Below are positions 1 through 15,015 of a DNA stretch of 64,000 nt, piece after piece. The stretch lies in assembly GCA_951406725.2 (NCBI GenBank), contig OX597833.1, positions 17,360,001 through 17,424,000 of the forward strand, in the 5' to 3' direction. This DNA is from Octopus vulgaris (Eukaryota). The notes below the pieces were generated by a model that saw nothing but the letters and a program-made list of their open reading frames with translations, made no database searches and was not told the DNA's origin. Both the position numbers and the translations under genes were made by a program. Every line of letters begins with the position of its first letter. Positions within the stretch are counted from its first letter, which is position 1.

Positions 1-37
<37 letters not shown>

Positions 38-38
<1 letters not shown>

Positions 39-1251
39 TAACAGTGCCCCCCGGCGTTGCCAGCGTGTTATGACTTACAGCCACATTGCATTATTTGCTC
101 CTTTCTTATGGGTAAAATCGGCTCACGAGGAGTGTGAGGCAAGCAACTCTTCTTTATAAACATGTATTTCGGCCATTTTCTAATGAACAACACTGCAGTT
201 TCCGCCAACCAAATTCAGTCACAAGTCTGTGGTTGTCTTAGAGCTATAGTAGAAAACACTTGCCCAAGGTACCATGCATAGGGACTGAACGTGGAACCAT
301 GTGGTTGAGAAACACTCTTCCTAACCACAATCAATCTTGCATCAAATGTGTGTGTGTGTGTGTGTGTTTATATTTGTTGTTAAATCGAGTATTGTGTCCT
401 ACTGTGTCTCAAAGTTAGCAGTTCATCAAACAGAGATCTGTAAAATAAATGCCAGATTGAAATACGTACAGGGGTACGTATGACCAATTAAATTTTTGGA
501 GGTGATACTCCATCACGGCTACAGCCAAGTGACTAAACCCAGTAAAATATTGTTTAAAGACTTAATGGCTTCAAATTTAAGGTTACGGATTACTAACCAC
601 AAGTTCAGCTCTGTACGATAACACTATATGTACATCGCAGTCTACTTGACTTCCAACAATTAACAATTGTAATTTGTAGTGAATGGTTAGCAGCAAGAAG
701 GATCTCCAGATTTCTTTAAAAATTATTGTGCGTATCATTCTGAGAACATGTACTTTTCACCACAACAAAACACACATACACACACACATGTGTCTTTGTG
801 GTAGCTTGAGATATTACAAATAGCAGTCAAATCTCTCTTAAAGTACAACCTTTCGTCAAAAGAAAGACACAAATTTACAGTATTTCAGAAAGAAAAAAAA
901 ACTGTGATACGTCTGCTACATCAGAGGCAACTGTGGGCTAAACAAAACACAGACAAACATACTTCACATTAAAAGATTATCTACTAAATAATACTAATAA
1001 AGTTGACCGTATATCTTCGAAGTTTCATTCCCTGGTAAAACTCCATGTATTTTAAGATTGTTCAGGCAAAATTGGCTCCCTTAGCTAAAAGACGTCAAGG
1101 TTGTGCGACCAGACCTAGTTTTCGAGGTTATCTTAGCAATAAAAAAGAGTTGATGTGCAAAAAATAAACTTTATTTAATAGCCGAAAGATTACCGAATCT
1201 TTTGATACCTCATAAGTCAAAATTAGCAGCTCAGTTTTCGAATCCATAAGG

Positions 1252-1289
<38 letters not shown>

Positions 1290-1308
1290 TTGTTTTATTA
1301 TATAAGAT
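38..1308 (+). mobile_element. Possible non-autonomous Helentron/HINE (DINE-1-like) element with nested SINE fragments
   Basis: Starts actaacagtgccccccggcgttgcc directly after (TA)n and ends (CA)n-ctctttgttttattatataagat, termini resembling HINE-type elements. No coding support. Confidence 0.4.
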
Positions 1309-1400
1309 ATATTTATATATCTTATATGTTTATACTTATATATGATTATGCATATATAACATATATAAGATAAATATCTTTCTACCTCTCTCTCTCTCTC

Positions 1401-2204
1401 TGAATAAATTTATTCAGTAAAATCGCCATTGGCTTCAACCGCAGCCTCTAGACGACTTCGGAGTCTCCTGCAACTCTTCTGGATGGTCTTCTTGTTTAAA
1501 TTGGTGAATGCTGCCATAATCCTTGCCTTCAGTTCATCTTTGGTATTACAAGGAATTTTGTTGGTCTCTCGCTCAACTGCGTCCCGCACATAATAATCAA
1601 GGAGGTTGCAGTCTGGAAAGTTTGGTGGCCAGATGTTAGGGGTGATGTGGTTGCAGAAATTGTCTGACAGCCATGATTGGGTTTCTCTGCTTGTGTGGAA
1701 TGGTGCAGAGTCCTATTGCCAGACATAGCGTCTTCCAGCAGCCACCCTTTTGACCCAGAGCAGCACTCTCTCCTCCAGGCACTTGATGTAGGTCCCCGAG
1801 TTGAGTCTGAGGCCGTGTGGGAAGACGAATGGAGGCATAACATCGCTATCGCTAGTGGTCACTCCAAACACCATGATGTTGACTGGATGTTTGGTTTTTA
1901 TTCACTCTCGGTACATGTCCTCAGATTGCACTATCCTCAGGTTGTACGGTCTTCAGATTGCACTGTCCTCGGATTGACACCCAAACACTGAACTGTTTGT
2001 AGGGAGCTTCCGGCGCAAATGCCAAGCAGTACAGCATGTCGTTTCCAAATTTTTGGCTGAGGGAATTGTTTCACGGTGCTGTTTTCTCTCACAGAGAGTG
2101 TCCAATTGACCCTACAATACTGTGTAGTCGACAAAGTCAAAAGCAAACAACGCATATGAGCGAAAATTAAAAGTATAAAATGGCAGCAGTTTAACCATCG
2201 TATC

Positions 2205-2207
<3 letters not shown>
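1401..2207 (-). mobile_element. Decayed, internally deleted Tc1/mariner element of DD37D (maT) type
   Basis: Minus strand reads KHPVNIMVFGV...YVWQ*DSAPFHTS...IWPPNFPDCNLLDYYV...RLEAAVEANGDFTE*. There are 37 residues between the last two catalytic Asp. In-frame TAG at plus 1713-1715; HTH-like N-terminal remnant KRHAVLLGICAG..LGVNPRTVQ; putative terminus TA|CAGGATACG at about 2207. Confidence 0.85.
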
Positions 2208-2235
<28 letters not shown>

Positions 2236-2527
2236 CCGGAGTAAACACATAAATGTGAAACAAGGTGGAAAAAAGAGTACTCAAAAACCAGTGGTAGAGT
2301 AATATGCTTTATTTAAAGCAGCAGAAAATTCTACAACACCTGTTACTCTGAGTTTCCCGTGGCCGTTCATCGGACAGTTTTTGCTAGAATGGAACCGATA
2401 TGTCAATTCTATCAAGAATAGATAGAATTGACATATCGGTTCCATTCTAGCAAAAACTGTCCGATGAACGGCAACGGGAAACTCAGAGTAACATGTTTTG
2501 TTGAATTTTCTGCTGCTTTAAATAAAG
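2236..2527. repeat. Fold-back repeat (PLE-terminus-like), homologous to 63703-63931
   Basis: Hairpin at 2308-2527 with about 106-bp arms and a 7-nt loop, plus an unpaired tail abutting (TA)n. Confidence 0.85.
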
Positions 2528-2871
2528 GTAAAGACCCGCTTCGGTCATGAATGACCATGGGATTGCACCTAGAAAGTTACCCTCCTAGACACAAGTCCGG
2601 GCAAGGTTGTTTATGGAAGACCAGCAGTCGCCCATGCATACCAGCCTCCCCTCTCCACGCCACCAGTGTTATCCAAGGGAAAGACAAAGGTCGATACAGC
2701 TTGGCACCAGTGACGTCGCAACTCATTTCTACAGCTGAGTGAACTGGAGCAACGTGAAATAAAGTGCTTTGCTCAAGAACACGCAGCCCGGTCCGGGATT
2801 CGAGCTCACAACCTCACGATCGTAAGCTCGACGCTCTAACCACTGAGCCATGCGCCTTCACTTTAAATAAA

Positions 2872-2970
<99 letters not shown>

Positions 2971-3255
2971 CATACATACATACATACATACATACATACA
3001 TACATACATACATACATACATACGACGGGTTTTTTTTCAGTTTCCGTCTAACAAAACCACTCAAAAGGCTTTAGTAGACCCAAAGCTATAGTAGATGACA
3101 GTTTCCGAAGGTGCCACTGCGTGGCACTGAACCCAGAACCATGTGGTTGAGCAGCAAGCTTCCTACCACACAGCCCATGCCTACACCTATATATGTATGT
3201 ATATATATGTGTATATATATATTAATCAATATAAGGGTAGCAAAAAATTCAATAG

Positions 3256-3409
<154 letters not shown>

Positions 3410-3551
3410 CGTATGTATATACAGTTACAAGCATATAGCGTGCCTACACGCACAAATGTTTCTCCCTGTACATGTATTTTAATGTATGTATCCATACATG
3501 CATGTATGCAGGCGTTGATGACATGGCTACTGTATACTTACACACACAGAC

Positions 3552-3596
<45 letters not shown>

Positions 3597-3945
3597 GTAT
3601 TTATGTCTGTATATATATATATATATCGCTATGTATTTTCAATTAGTTCCAGTAACCTCAACTTGCTTCTATTTTCATCTGTTGACAGCTTCATCATGTG
3701 AAGCCTGCTGTGATAGAACGATACACTTTTCTCATGAGCTCCGAAACTAATCGTTTTTTCAGTGTCTATCTCTCTGCAGCGACTGAAGTCATATGTTCAT
3801 CTTTAGTATCATCCTCTTCTTTTCGTTTCTCACCTGTGTCCCACCTACCTACGTCTATTCATAAACCTTGGCATCATTAAAAATCTATCAATCAAGTATT
3901 GTAAAAAAAAAAAAAAAAACAGAATCAAACAACAACAAAAAAATT

Positions 3946-4360
3946 GGTGCAGGAGTGGCTGTGTGGTAAGTAGCTTGCTTACCAATCACATGGTTCTGGG
4001 TTCAGTCCCACTGCGTGGCCCCTTGGGCAAGTGTCTTTTACTATAGCCTCGGGCCGACCAAAGCTTTGTGAGTGGATTTGGTAGATAGAAACTGAAAGAA
4101 GCCCGTCGTATATATATACATATATATGTATGTATGTGTGTGTATATGTTTGTGTGTCTGTGTTTGTCCCCCCCAACATCGCTTGACAACCGATGCTGGT
4201 GTGTTTATGTCCCACGTAACTTAGCGGTTCGGCAAAAGCGACCGATAGAATAAGTACTAGGCTTACAAAGAACAAGTCCTGGGGTCGATTTGCTCGACTA
4301 AAGGCGGTGCTCCAGCACGGCCACAGTCAAATGACTGAAACAAGTAAAAGAGTAAAAGAG
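3946..4360 (+). mobile_element. tRNA-derived SINE family A (representative copy)
   Basis: Head ggagtggctgtgtggtaag...gggttcagtccc, internal (TA/TG)n, tail gactgaaacaagtaaaagag. Other copies at about 15073-15525(+), 18861-19268(+), 20850-21510(-), 22777-23215(+), 29005-29390(-), 30316-30745(-), 48240-48668(-), 48757-49216(-) and 50005-50650(+). Confidence 0.85.
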
Positions 4361-4860
4361 TATATCACAAATACATATTGGCTTCAAATTTTGGCACAAG
4401 GCCAGAGATTTCGGGGGAAGAGTAAGTCGATTGAATTAACCTCAGTACATGACTGGTATTTATTTAATCGACCTCCGAAAAGATAAAAGGTAAAGTCGAC
4501 ATCGATGGGATTTGAACTTAGAACGTTAAATTATTATTAGTTTCAAATTTTGGCACAAGGCCAGAAATATAAAGGGAGGGGCTACGTCGATTATATCGAC
4601 CCCAGTACTCAGCTGGTATTTATTTCATCCATCCCGAAAGGATGAAAAGCAAAGTAGACCCCGATACCATTTGAACATAGAACCTAATGGCGGACGAAAT
4701 GCCACATTACAAATATCAAAAAACTAAGAATAAATAAATGAATAAATTTACCTACTATGTGTGTGTGTGTATGTGCATATATATGTATGTATGTATCTCT
4801 CTTCCCCCTCTCTCTCCCTATCTCTTTCTCTCTCTCCCTCTCTCTCTATACACACACACA

Positions 4861-5120
4861 CAGGGTGTTCAAAATGTCTCTCCGCAGTAAGTATTTTGTT
4901 GCAAAATAAATATTTATAAGATGGTAGAAGACTACAAAAGAATATATTAGACTTTACAAGACTTTAAAAAACTTTATAAGAAGTGTTGAAAGTGTCGTCC
5001 TTCATTTTGAATACATAAGTTGACTCTTCTACACATGTTTTGAAATATTTCTTGGAGTCTCTGACTCTTGCAGAGTCAGGATGAAAAAATTCACTGCGGA
5101 GAGACTTTTTGCACACCCCG
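4861..5120 (-). mobile_element. Internally deleted Tc1/mariner element (MITE-sized)
   Basis: About 28-bp TIRs (cagggtgttcaaaatgtctctccgcagt / actgcggagagactttttgcacaccccg|ta). The interior encodes a transposase C-terminus, RRVNLCIQNEGRHFQHFL*, on the minus strand. Confidence 0.75.
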
Positions 5121-5500
5121 TATATATAATACCATAAACAATACATTCTGGTATTGATTTACTGAAATAATCTCCAGTGAGGGTGGAACAATCGCTCGAT
5201 GGCAATTTGGAACAATTTCTAAATGAAAAGGAAAGATATTCTCAAGAATGAAGAATTTCTCGGAAACTGACATCTGGAGACAAAGAGGACGCATGTTGAT
5301 ACATGTTTCTGCTTTAATAGACGTCATCAGCACAGCAACTGACCAACCTTATTTCCAGCACTCAGCACAAAAGGAAATAGTAAAACACATCACATGTATT
5401 ACACACGCACGCACGCGCGCAATACATGACCTATTAATTATAAGGACATGAGCGTATGTTTCAGGAGACTAATTAATCTCAGAGAGAGATTAATTTTTGT

Positions 5501-5841
5501 TTTCTTTTAATCGCTACAATTGTTTCTACGCAATGTAGTTCTTTAGACGTTCAGGTACTTGGTTATGCAATTTTTTTCATGCATTATGATATCTAGTTGT
5601 GTTTCGTCACGCGATATGTAAATATTGTCTTTGTAAGTTCAAAATCCTCGGCTTCAAGAACTTGCTTTCTGTCTGTCGTGGCCTGAATTTAGTAGTAGTT
5701 GAATTTACGGAGACAATACTTACATATCGCCTGACGAAACACAACTAAATATCATAATGCAGGGAAACAATTGCATAATCAAATACGTGCATGTCTGGAG
5801 AACTACGTTGCGTAGAAACAATTGTAGCGATTAAAAAGAAA
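5501..5841. repeat. Diverged fold-back element/MITE with about 140-bp arms
   Basis: 5501-5642 is the imperfect reverse complement of 5699-5841, e.g. ttttaatcgctacaattgtttctacgcaa / ttgcgtagaaacaattgtagcgattaaaa. Confidence 0.85.
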
Positions 5842-6239
5842 TAAATGTCCAACCTTACTCCTTCTTCTTGACTCCATTTTTTCTGTTATCTATTCACTCA
5901 CAACATGTACCCAAACACAAACCTGAAAGTATGTATAATACTACTACCTGTTTTTCGAACAACGAAAAGAAAAAAAAAACAAACAAACAGAGAAACGAGA
6001 CATACAACATAAAGAATATTCCCCTTCAGTTGTCCCTGTTTCATCTACTCCACGTTACGAAGGCAATGACAAGAGGCGACTTCGTTGAAACAATCCTTCC
6101 CGCAAAGCAAATTAAATAAAATTTGGAATGTTTTGCGGAGGGTGAAAATTGTAACAAGAAGATGACAGTGAAAACAAAACAGTAAAAATAACGGGTCATG
6201 CTCAAATATTTCCTCGCTTGGAAACAGGAGAGGGCTGGC

Positions 6240-6340
<101 letters not shown>

Positions 6341-6353
6341 ACAACCTACCTAC

Positions 6354-6479
<126 letters not shown>

Positions 6480-6532
6480 GTCTGCCTGTCTCTCTGTCTG
6501 CCTGCTTGTCTGTCTGTCTGTCTGCCTGCCTG

Positions 6533-6615
<83 letters not shown>

Positions 6616-6622
6616 GTCTGTA

Positions 6623-6657
<35 letters not shown>

Positions 6658-6686
6658 ATATCTATCTATCTATCTATCTATCTATT

Positions 6687-6736
<50 letters not shown>

Positions 6737-7422
6737 CATGAGACTGAACTCGAAACGGTGCGATTGCAAAGCGAGCCTCTGAGCCACACAGTTACGTATG
6801 TACGTTATGCACGTCGCTTACTACAAGTAATTCAAAGATATCAGAATGAAGAGCAGTAAACATATTTCAACAAACAAGTTAACCTTTTCCCTTTATTCTT
6901 TCAATCTATAGATTCAACGCAGTGTATATTACCATTTGGTGAGCGCTTTAGTGAAAAATACAATACGAAGACTAATTTCAGTGTACGCTGTATTGTATGC
7001 ATGTGTTGTTATCGTGTGTATATGCTCCAAGGAGCATATAAAGATAGCTATCCCCCGAAAGATAGTTTTATTCGTCTGGATGAAAATGTCAGATTTTCGG
7101 TACATTCATCTGTTCAGAAACGTTTTATAACAACCTACGTGACTAGTTGTCTTACAATACTGGTCGCAGTAAATTTTAGATTTTTTTTTCCCACCCCGTC
7201 TGATGAGGGAAACAGAACGCTCTGTTGGAGGAGACGTACTACTCCTACAAAACGTTCTGTTGTTCTGTTTCTTGCATCATGTATAACACACGCACACACA
7301 CGTATACACACACATACACACGTATACACACACAAGCACACATATATATAAACATATACACACGTATATATGAACCATATGTATATAAAATATATAATGC
7401 ATGTATATATATATGCATATAT

Positions 7423-7470
<48 letters not shown>

Positions 7471-7520
7471 ATGTATATATATTATATTTATATAGATATA
7501 ATATATGTATGTATGTGTAT

Positions 7521-7565
<45 letters not shown>

Positions 7566-7591
7566 GAAACAAATACACACATATATATCTG

Positions 7592-7634
<43 letters not shown>

Positions 7635-7672
7635 AGTATATATATATATACATGTATATATATATATATATG

Positions 7673-7747
<75 letters not shown>

Positions 7748-8252
7748 GCACACACAAATCCGAGTCACGTATCTTTTTTATGTTTATTAGTTTCCACTGA
7801 TTCTGTCGCTCTGTTACGCTGTAAACATATGGAATTTGAAAGAGGTGACAGTAGATGAGAGAGAGAAAGACGATAGGGGAAAAAAATTAGATAAGTAAAA
7901 TAAATCGGTGGATAGGTGGGAGATTGCCAGTGTAAAAAAAAAAAAGGAGAAAGATGCAGAAATCACTTGCAGTCATCAGCAAGTGAGACAGGCAGTCAAG
8001 CGAGCAGACTTTGAAAAATAGCGAAGGGAGAGTGAACGAAGAAGGGGAATTACGAGCAAAAGAGGAGAGGCAGAAAGAAGATATAATTCTACAACAAAGA
8101 AAAATATTAGAGAGGTAACTTTATAAAAATAATAAAAACATAGGAATTGAGTTAATATTAAAGAGAATAATGATATTGGAAAGAGGTGAGAGAAGTTCAT
8201 GTACAGTACTGAAATAATGTTGAAAAAAGGTAGAAAGGTGTTCAAAAATTAC

Positions 8253-8291
<39 letters not shown>

Positions 8292-8450
8292 GTATATACA
8301 TATAACATCTATATATAGATAGTATATATATATAATATATATATGTATATATATATATATATGTGTGTATGTATATGTGTATATATATGTGTATATATGT
8401 GTATATATATGTGTGTATATATATATGTATATATACATATGTATATATAT

Positions 8451-8570
<120 letters not shown>

Positions 8571-9057
8571 GTATATACAAGCAGTAGCAGCGTAACATAG
8601 TGAATGACAAAGGTCGTCACTTGAGTCACAAGTATAATCGATTCGAAGGGATTCTAGATAGTTTCCATCTATCCAACATCACTAACAGCAATTACCGATC
8701 AACCCAATACGATAAAAAATTACACTAGTCATGTTTTGATTCGTTATATGTATATGTGTGCGTCAATATAACACACACACATACACGTACGCAGACATAC
8801 ACAAATGACCAGAGTTATTTCCCGAGCCATGAGCTCTCAAAGTTGATTTCTTGCATCCTGTGGCGTATTCATTTTCTTACCACACCTGGATAGGACGCCA
8901 GTCCGTCTCGGGCTTATTTATTTTTGCCTGCTGTGTCAACAGAAGGAACGTGAAATGATGTGTCTTGATCAAGAACACAAAGGATGAACCGGTCCAGGAA
9001 CCGAAACCTAAATCTTACGATCATAGGTACAATACTCCAACCACTATGCCACACCTT

Positions 9058-9089
<32 letters not shown>

Positions 9090-9104
9090 TCTCTTCCTCC
9101 CTCG

Positions 9105-9138
<34 letters not shown>

Positions 9139-10428
9139 TTGTATACGTGTGTGTCTGTGTGTAAGTGTGTGTGTGTATGTATGCACTTATATTTATATGT
9201 ATGTAGTTAGATAAAAATAGGGGTGTATATATTATTTCTTTATTGCCCACAGGGGCTAAACGTAGAGGAAACAAACAAGGACAGACAAATGAATTAAGTC
9301 GGTTACATCGACCCCAGTGCGTAACTGATACTTATTCAATCGACCCCGAAAGGATGAAAGGCAAAGTTGACCTCGGCGGAATTTGAACTCAGAACGTAAC
9401 GGCAGACTAAATACCTATTCCTTTACTGCCCACAAGGGGCTAAACACAGAGAGGACAAACAAGGACAGACAGACGGATTAAGTCGATTATATCGATCCTA
9501 GTGCGTAACTGGTACTTATTTAATCGATCTCGAAAGGATTAAAGGCAAAAAACAACCTCGGCGGAATTTGAACTCAGAACGTAACGGCAGACGAAATACC
9601 GCTAAGCATTTCGCCCGGCGTGCTAACGTTTCTGGCAGCTCGCCACCTTATACGTAGGGGTGTATATAATCTTGTAGATGTATGTAGGACAAGTTTACCT
9701 ATGGAACGGCGTGACATTGTCAATGGTTAATTGTAGTACACTCAGCAGGGCATGTTTGATTCGTCATTTATTTGTCTTCAACCATAAACTACACTCAAGC
9801 ACTTGTTAGAATTAGCGGATATATTTGCGTATATTTGCGTATATTTTCATCTTCCACGTTGCGTTATTGTTTACACTTAAGTGTTAGAATGTTTTCTCTG
9901 ATAAGAAATCTTTGCAAAATCAGGTCACTTAGTGCAGATGATGCGTATAAAATAAAGTGGTTCTCAAATAGAAAGGTTTGAAAGCTGTGTAGAAAGCCGA
10001 GGAGTATAACGCTTCACTGATTGCGTTGTAATGTTTAGGCCTCTTAGTGAAAACAGCTGGGGGTTGATGCATTAATTAAGTGATTAGCTTTCCTTTGTTA
10101 TTTCTTCTTAATATATTAGAGATATTTTGTTGCAGTCTGTGCGTACATCGACGAAGCAGGTTTAGTGTGATATAACGCTGCCTTTTCCTAGGAAGTGTGT
10201 GGAAATCGGTGGATATAAATTACGTTGTGTTTAAACAAACGGTTATATGTCTGACTATGACAAAAGCAGAATTACGACGCATGAACGTATATACGCATTC
10301 ACAAACTCACTGAAATACATATATATATATACTCACACACAGACACACACACACATATATATATACATATTCATTCATATCTATCTATCTATCTATCTAT
10401 CTGTCTATCTATCTATCTATCATCTATA

Positions 10429-10760
<332 letters not shown>

Positions 10761-10769
10761 TATGCATTG

Positions 10770-10824
<55 letters not shown>

Positions 10825-10825
10825 A

Positions 10826-10856
<31 letters not shown>

Positions 10857-11235
10857 TTATGTATTTATATAGGAGGAGCACTTCGTCGGTTGTGACGACG
10901 AGGGTCCCAGCTGATACGATCAACGGAACAGTTTGCTCGTGAAATCAACGTGCAAGTGGCTGAGCACTCCACAGACACGTGTACCCCTAACGTAGTTCTC
11001 AGGGAAATTCAGCGTGACACAGAGTGTGACAAGGCCGGCCCTTTGAAATACAGGTACAACTCATTTTTGCCAGCTGAGTAGACAGGAGCAACGTGAAATA
11101 AAGTGTCTTGCTCAAGGACACAACGCGTCACCAAGAATTGAACTCACGACCTTACAATCGTGAGCCGAATGCCCTAACCACTAAGCCGCGCGCCTTCATA
11201 TTTATATACATACATACTTACATACATACATACAT

Positions 11236-11310
<75 letters not shown>

Positions 11311-11840
11311 GACACAAAATTTTAAAAGGAGCTACCAATAGTTTCATGCCGTAGATATAAAATATTTTAGCAGATTTATATATCTCATGTATCTCCATGC
11401 AATTCTTCATATTCAGTACATACCATTACTCTAATTTGAAAACCAGGATGCTGATCAATAAGAAAACACGAGAAGGTTGATGCAAAAAGTGGAACGAAAA
11501 GAAAGAAAAGCAAGCAAGCCAAGACCTGTGTCCTGCTTTACTTTTTGGCACGAAGATATAATAGTGTTGTGTTCTTGAGCAAAATAGTTCATTTCACGTT
11601 GCACTACGATCGTTTCGACATTCATTTGTGTGGCACAATTACGCCACCGAAAACTTTCATATTTCATTGCATAATGCACAATTGTGGTGGTTGGCAGAAG
11701 GAATCGGTTCTATTTTATGAAGTCGTTTGGCAATGTCTTGTTAATCCAGACATGAACAAAGAGAAAACACAACAACGCGAGGACGTGGAACAAGTATAGT
11801 GTTATTGGACGCTCAGAAGACAAGGAAAGAAAGGAGGAGG

Positions 11841-11875
11841 ATCTAACGTTTCGAACGGAGCTCTTCGTCAGAAAC
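11841..11875 (-). ncRNA. Minimal hammerhead motif, same family as 25260
   Basis: Minus strand GTTT-CTGACGA-A-GAGC-TCC-GTTC-GAAAC-GTT-AGAT. The surrounding 11750-11930 is homologous, inverted, to 25205-25380. Confidence 0.55.
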
Positions 11876-11994
11876 ATAGGAAACGGAAAAGTCCAAGGAA
11901 GCGAAAACGGAGAAAGAAAATCGCCAACAATACACACGCAGTCGCACACACACACACACACACACACAGACAGACACACACACACACACACACG

Positions 11995-12052
<58 letters not shown>

Positions 12053-12910
12053 AGGGGGCGCAATGGCCCAGTGGTTAGGGCAGCGGACTCGCGGTCATAT
12101 GATCGCGGTTTCGATTCCCAGACCGGGCGTTGTGAGTGTTTATTGAGCGAAAACACCTAAAGCTCCACGAGGCTACGGCAGGGGATGGTAGTGATCCCTG
12201 CTGTACTCTTTCACCACAACTTTCACTCACTCAAAGGCAGTGCTCCAGCATGGCCGCAGTCAACTGACTGAAACAAGTAAAAGAGTAAAAGAGATACACA
12301 CAGAGGGATCGTTGAAAAGTTGTTAAATATAGAAGGATCAGTTAATTATGATTTTATCCCCTATCAGATTCCCACACTTGCAGCGGTCCTTCAGTTTTTC
12401 CAAGCCGCGTAAAAGAACCCGGAAGGCTGGGCTTCCAACGAGGCCTTTCACGGTACCCTTGAAGTCAGGAACTTTTCAGCTCCCTTTCGTACACACACGA
12501 ACACACACACACACACACACACACATGCACATATATGCCCATACATATAGACATATGCATATGTGTGTGTTTGTCCCCCACCACCGCTTGTCAACCGTAA
12601 CTTAGCGGTTCGATAAAAGAGACCGATGGAATAAGTAACTGGCTTCTCAAAACAGTTATAAGAAATGGGATCAATTGGTGCGACTAAAATTCTTCAAGCT
12701 GATGCCCCAGCATGGCCGCAATCTGAAACAGGTGAACGATAAGTGATTGCTCGTTATCCAGATATCGTACTGTTGTTATTGTCGGGATTACAGAAGAACC
12801 ACACGAAACCGTTATCAAACTAATTCGCCGGCAGAGATTTCCTGTACCAATGCAAATGCTCTTAACGAAACCATAGCAAACCTAAGGAGGCCAAACTCGC
12901 GGCATGCCAC

Positions 12911-13031
12911 AGAAGAAGAAGAAGAAGAAGAAGAAGAAGAAGAAGAAGAAGAAGAAGAAGAAGAAGAAGAAGAAGAAGAAGAAGAAGAAGAAGAAGAAGA
13001 AGAAGAAGAAGAAGAAGAAGAAGAAGAAGAA
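12911..13031. repeat. (AAG)n microsatellite, about 40 units
   Basis: Pure gaa repeat. Confidence 0.95.
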
Positions 13032-13137
13032 AGGATCTAAGGGACTCACAGCGACTATTATAGATTCTAAAAGAAAATGGATATAAAAGAAGGGTTAGTG
13101 GTGAGCAATGTACAAGCATTTGTTCCCTTTCAAATAT

Positions 13138-13207
<70 letters not shown>

Positions 13208-13600
13208 CAAATAGACAACGTGAAATCATTGTCGGTAACTTGGTGATTCGTACGGCTACAGTTGACTGCATAACCTGCTCCCCAGATGTTCGTTTACAAA
13301 GGGAACCTACTTTCCAGATGCATTAACTCAAAGCATTAAAAAAAAGCATTGAAAAAAAAAAAAGAATAAGGCATTTGTGCTGTTCCCTTGTCCTCAGAAC
13401 TGATTAGAAATCCGGAAGAAGCCCTGCAGCGCGATGTCAAAACGACGTCTGCTGCGAGAAACTCAGGAGATTTTCGGCTTTCTTTACAGTAACAAGTATT
13501 ATTTTGTTATTTAATATTTTATATATGGATTCTCGCGATACGTATTTTTTTTCCTTTCATATCATTTTTATCTCTGATATTTTCTTTCACGCCTCACTCC

Positions 13601-14076
<476 letters not shown>

Positions 14077-14084
14077 TGTTTTCT

Positions 14085-14480
14085 TTAATACACGCAGAGG
14101 GGACAAACAAGGGCAGACAAACAGATTAAGTCGATTATATCGCCCCCAGTGCGTAACTGGTACTTATTTAATCGACCCCGAATGGATGAAAGGCAAAGTC
14201 GACCTTGGCAGAATTTGAACTCAGAACGTAGCGGCAGCGAAATACCTATTTCTCTAATAACCAACAAGGGGCTAAACACAGAGGGGACAAACAAGGACAG
14301 ACATAGGTCTTAAGTCGATTACATCGACCCCAGTGCGTAACTGGTACTTAATTAATCGACCCCGAAAGGATGAAAGGAAAAGTCGACCTCGGCGGAATTT
14401 GAACTCAGAACGTTACGGCAGAGGAAATACCGTTAAGCATTTCGCCCGACGTACTAACGTTTCTGCCAGCTCGCCGCCTT
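14085..14480 (-). mobile_element. tRNA-derived SINE family B, dimer (representative copy)
   Basis: Head ggcggcgagctggcagaaacgttag...gagttcaaattccgccgaggtcgac. Monomers and multimers also at about 9230-9650, 17740-18840, 21252-21482, 22190-22390, 24898-25110, 28300-28810, 31558-31925, 33890-34420, 47045-47510, 47745-48070 and 50187-50412. Confidence 0.85.
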
Positions 14481-14760
14481 TAAGTATATACCGACATACG
14501 GATAGGTGGTGACTGAAAAGTTCCTGGCTTTTGGTAAAGAAAATACAGGAGGATCAGTTAATTATGATTTTATTCACCATATTCTGCTCTCAGATTCACA
14601 CACTTATTGCAGTGGTCCTTCAGTTTTTCTAAACCCTGTAAAAGAACTCGGAGGGTTGGGCCTCCAACGAGGCCTTTCGCGATACTGTTAAAGCCAGTTA
14701 TAGGTATATGCTTGAATGCATGCAAAAACTCTCAAGAACAGCTTAGAAAATGTGACTTAC

Positions 14761-15015
14761 TTTCGTCTTTCTGATATGAATATGTAGCATGGAATCCTTT
14801 CTTGTGCACATTGTCATCCGTTTTGAAGCGAAGCCAGAGGTAGCGAGAAGAAGATAAATAAAATGGTGGGAAATCTCGGCCACAATGACGTTTTAGCAGC
14901 GGGGAATATCCGAATGGACCGTCTCGAATTTCCAGATAATCGTAGTTACACTCCGGAGATTCTTCGAGGATAAAGTTGTTTTTGAAATCCAAATGAATCT
15001 TGTAGCCTTTCGGCG
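14761..15015 (-). CDS. Neto: Internal coding exon of a Neto-like gene; C-terminal part of the first CUB domain
   Basis: Acceptor TTTCTTTTCTCTTTTTTTCCAG|CG and donor GAAA|GTAAGT; 255 nt, phase 1-1. Encodes (A)PKGYKIHLDFKNNFILEESPECNYDYLEIRDGPFGYSPLLKRHCGRDFPPFYLSSSRYLWLRFKTDDNVHKKGFHATYSYQKDE. LEIRDGPFGYSPL matches the NETO CUB1 signature LEVRDGPFGFSP as I recall it. Confidence 0.9.

Noticed and set aside
3650-3880. Unique-looking segment as a possible exon
   Set aside because: The minus-strand frames I read hit stops and show no CUB or LDLa motif.
12055-12130. tRNA-like sequences (also about 20046, 41675, 43826, 52602)
   Set aside because: These are SINE heads continuing into shared SINE bodies, some with TSDs, not tRNA genes.
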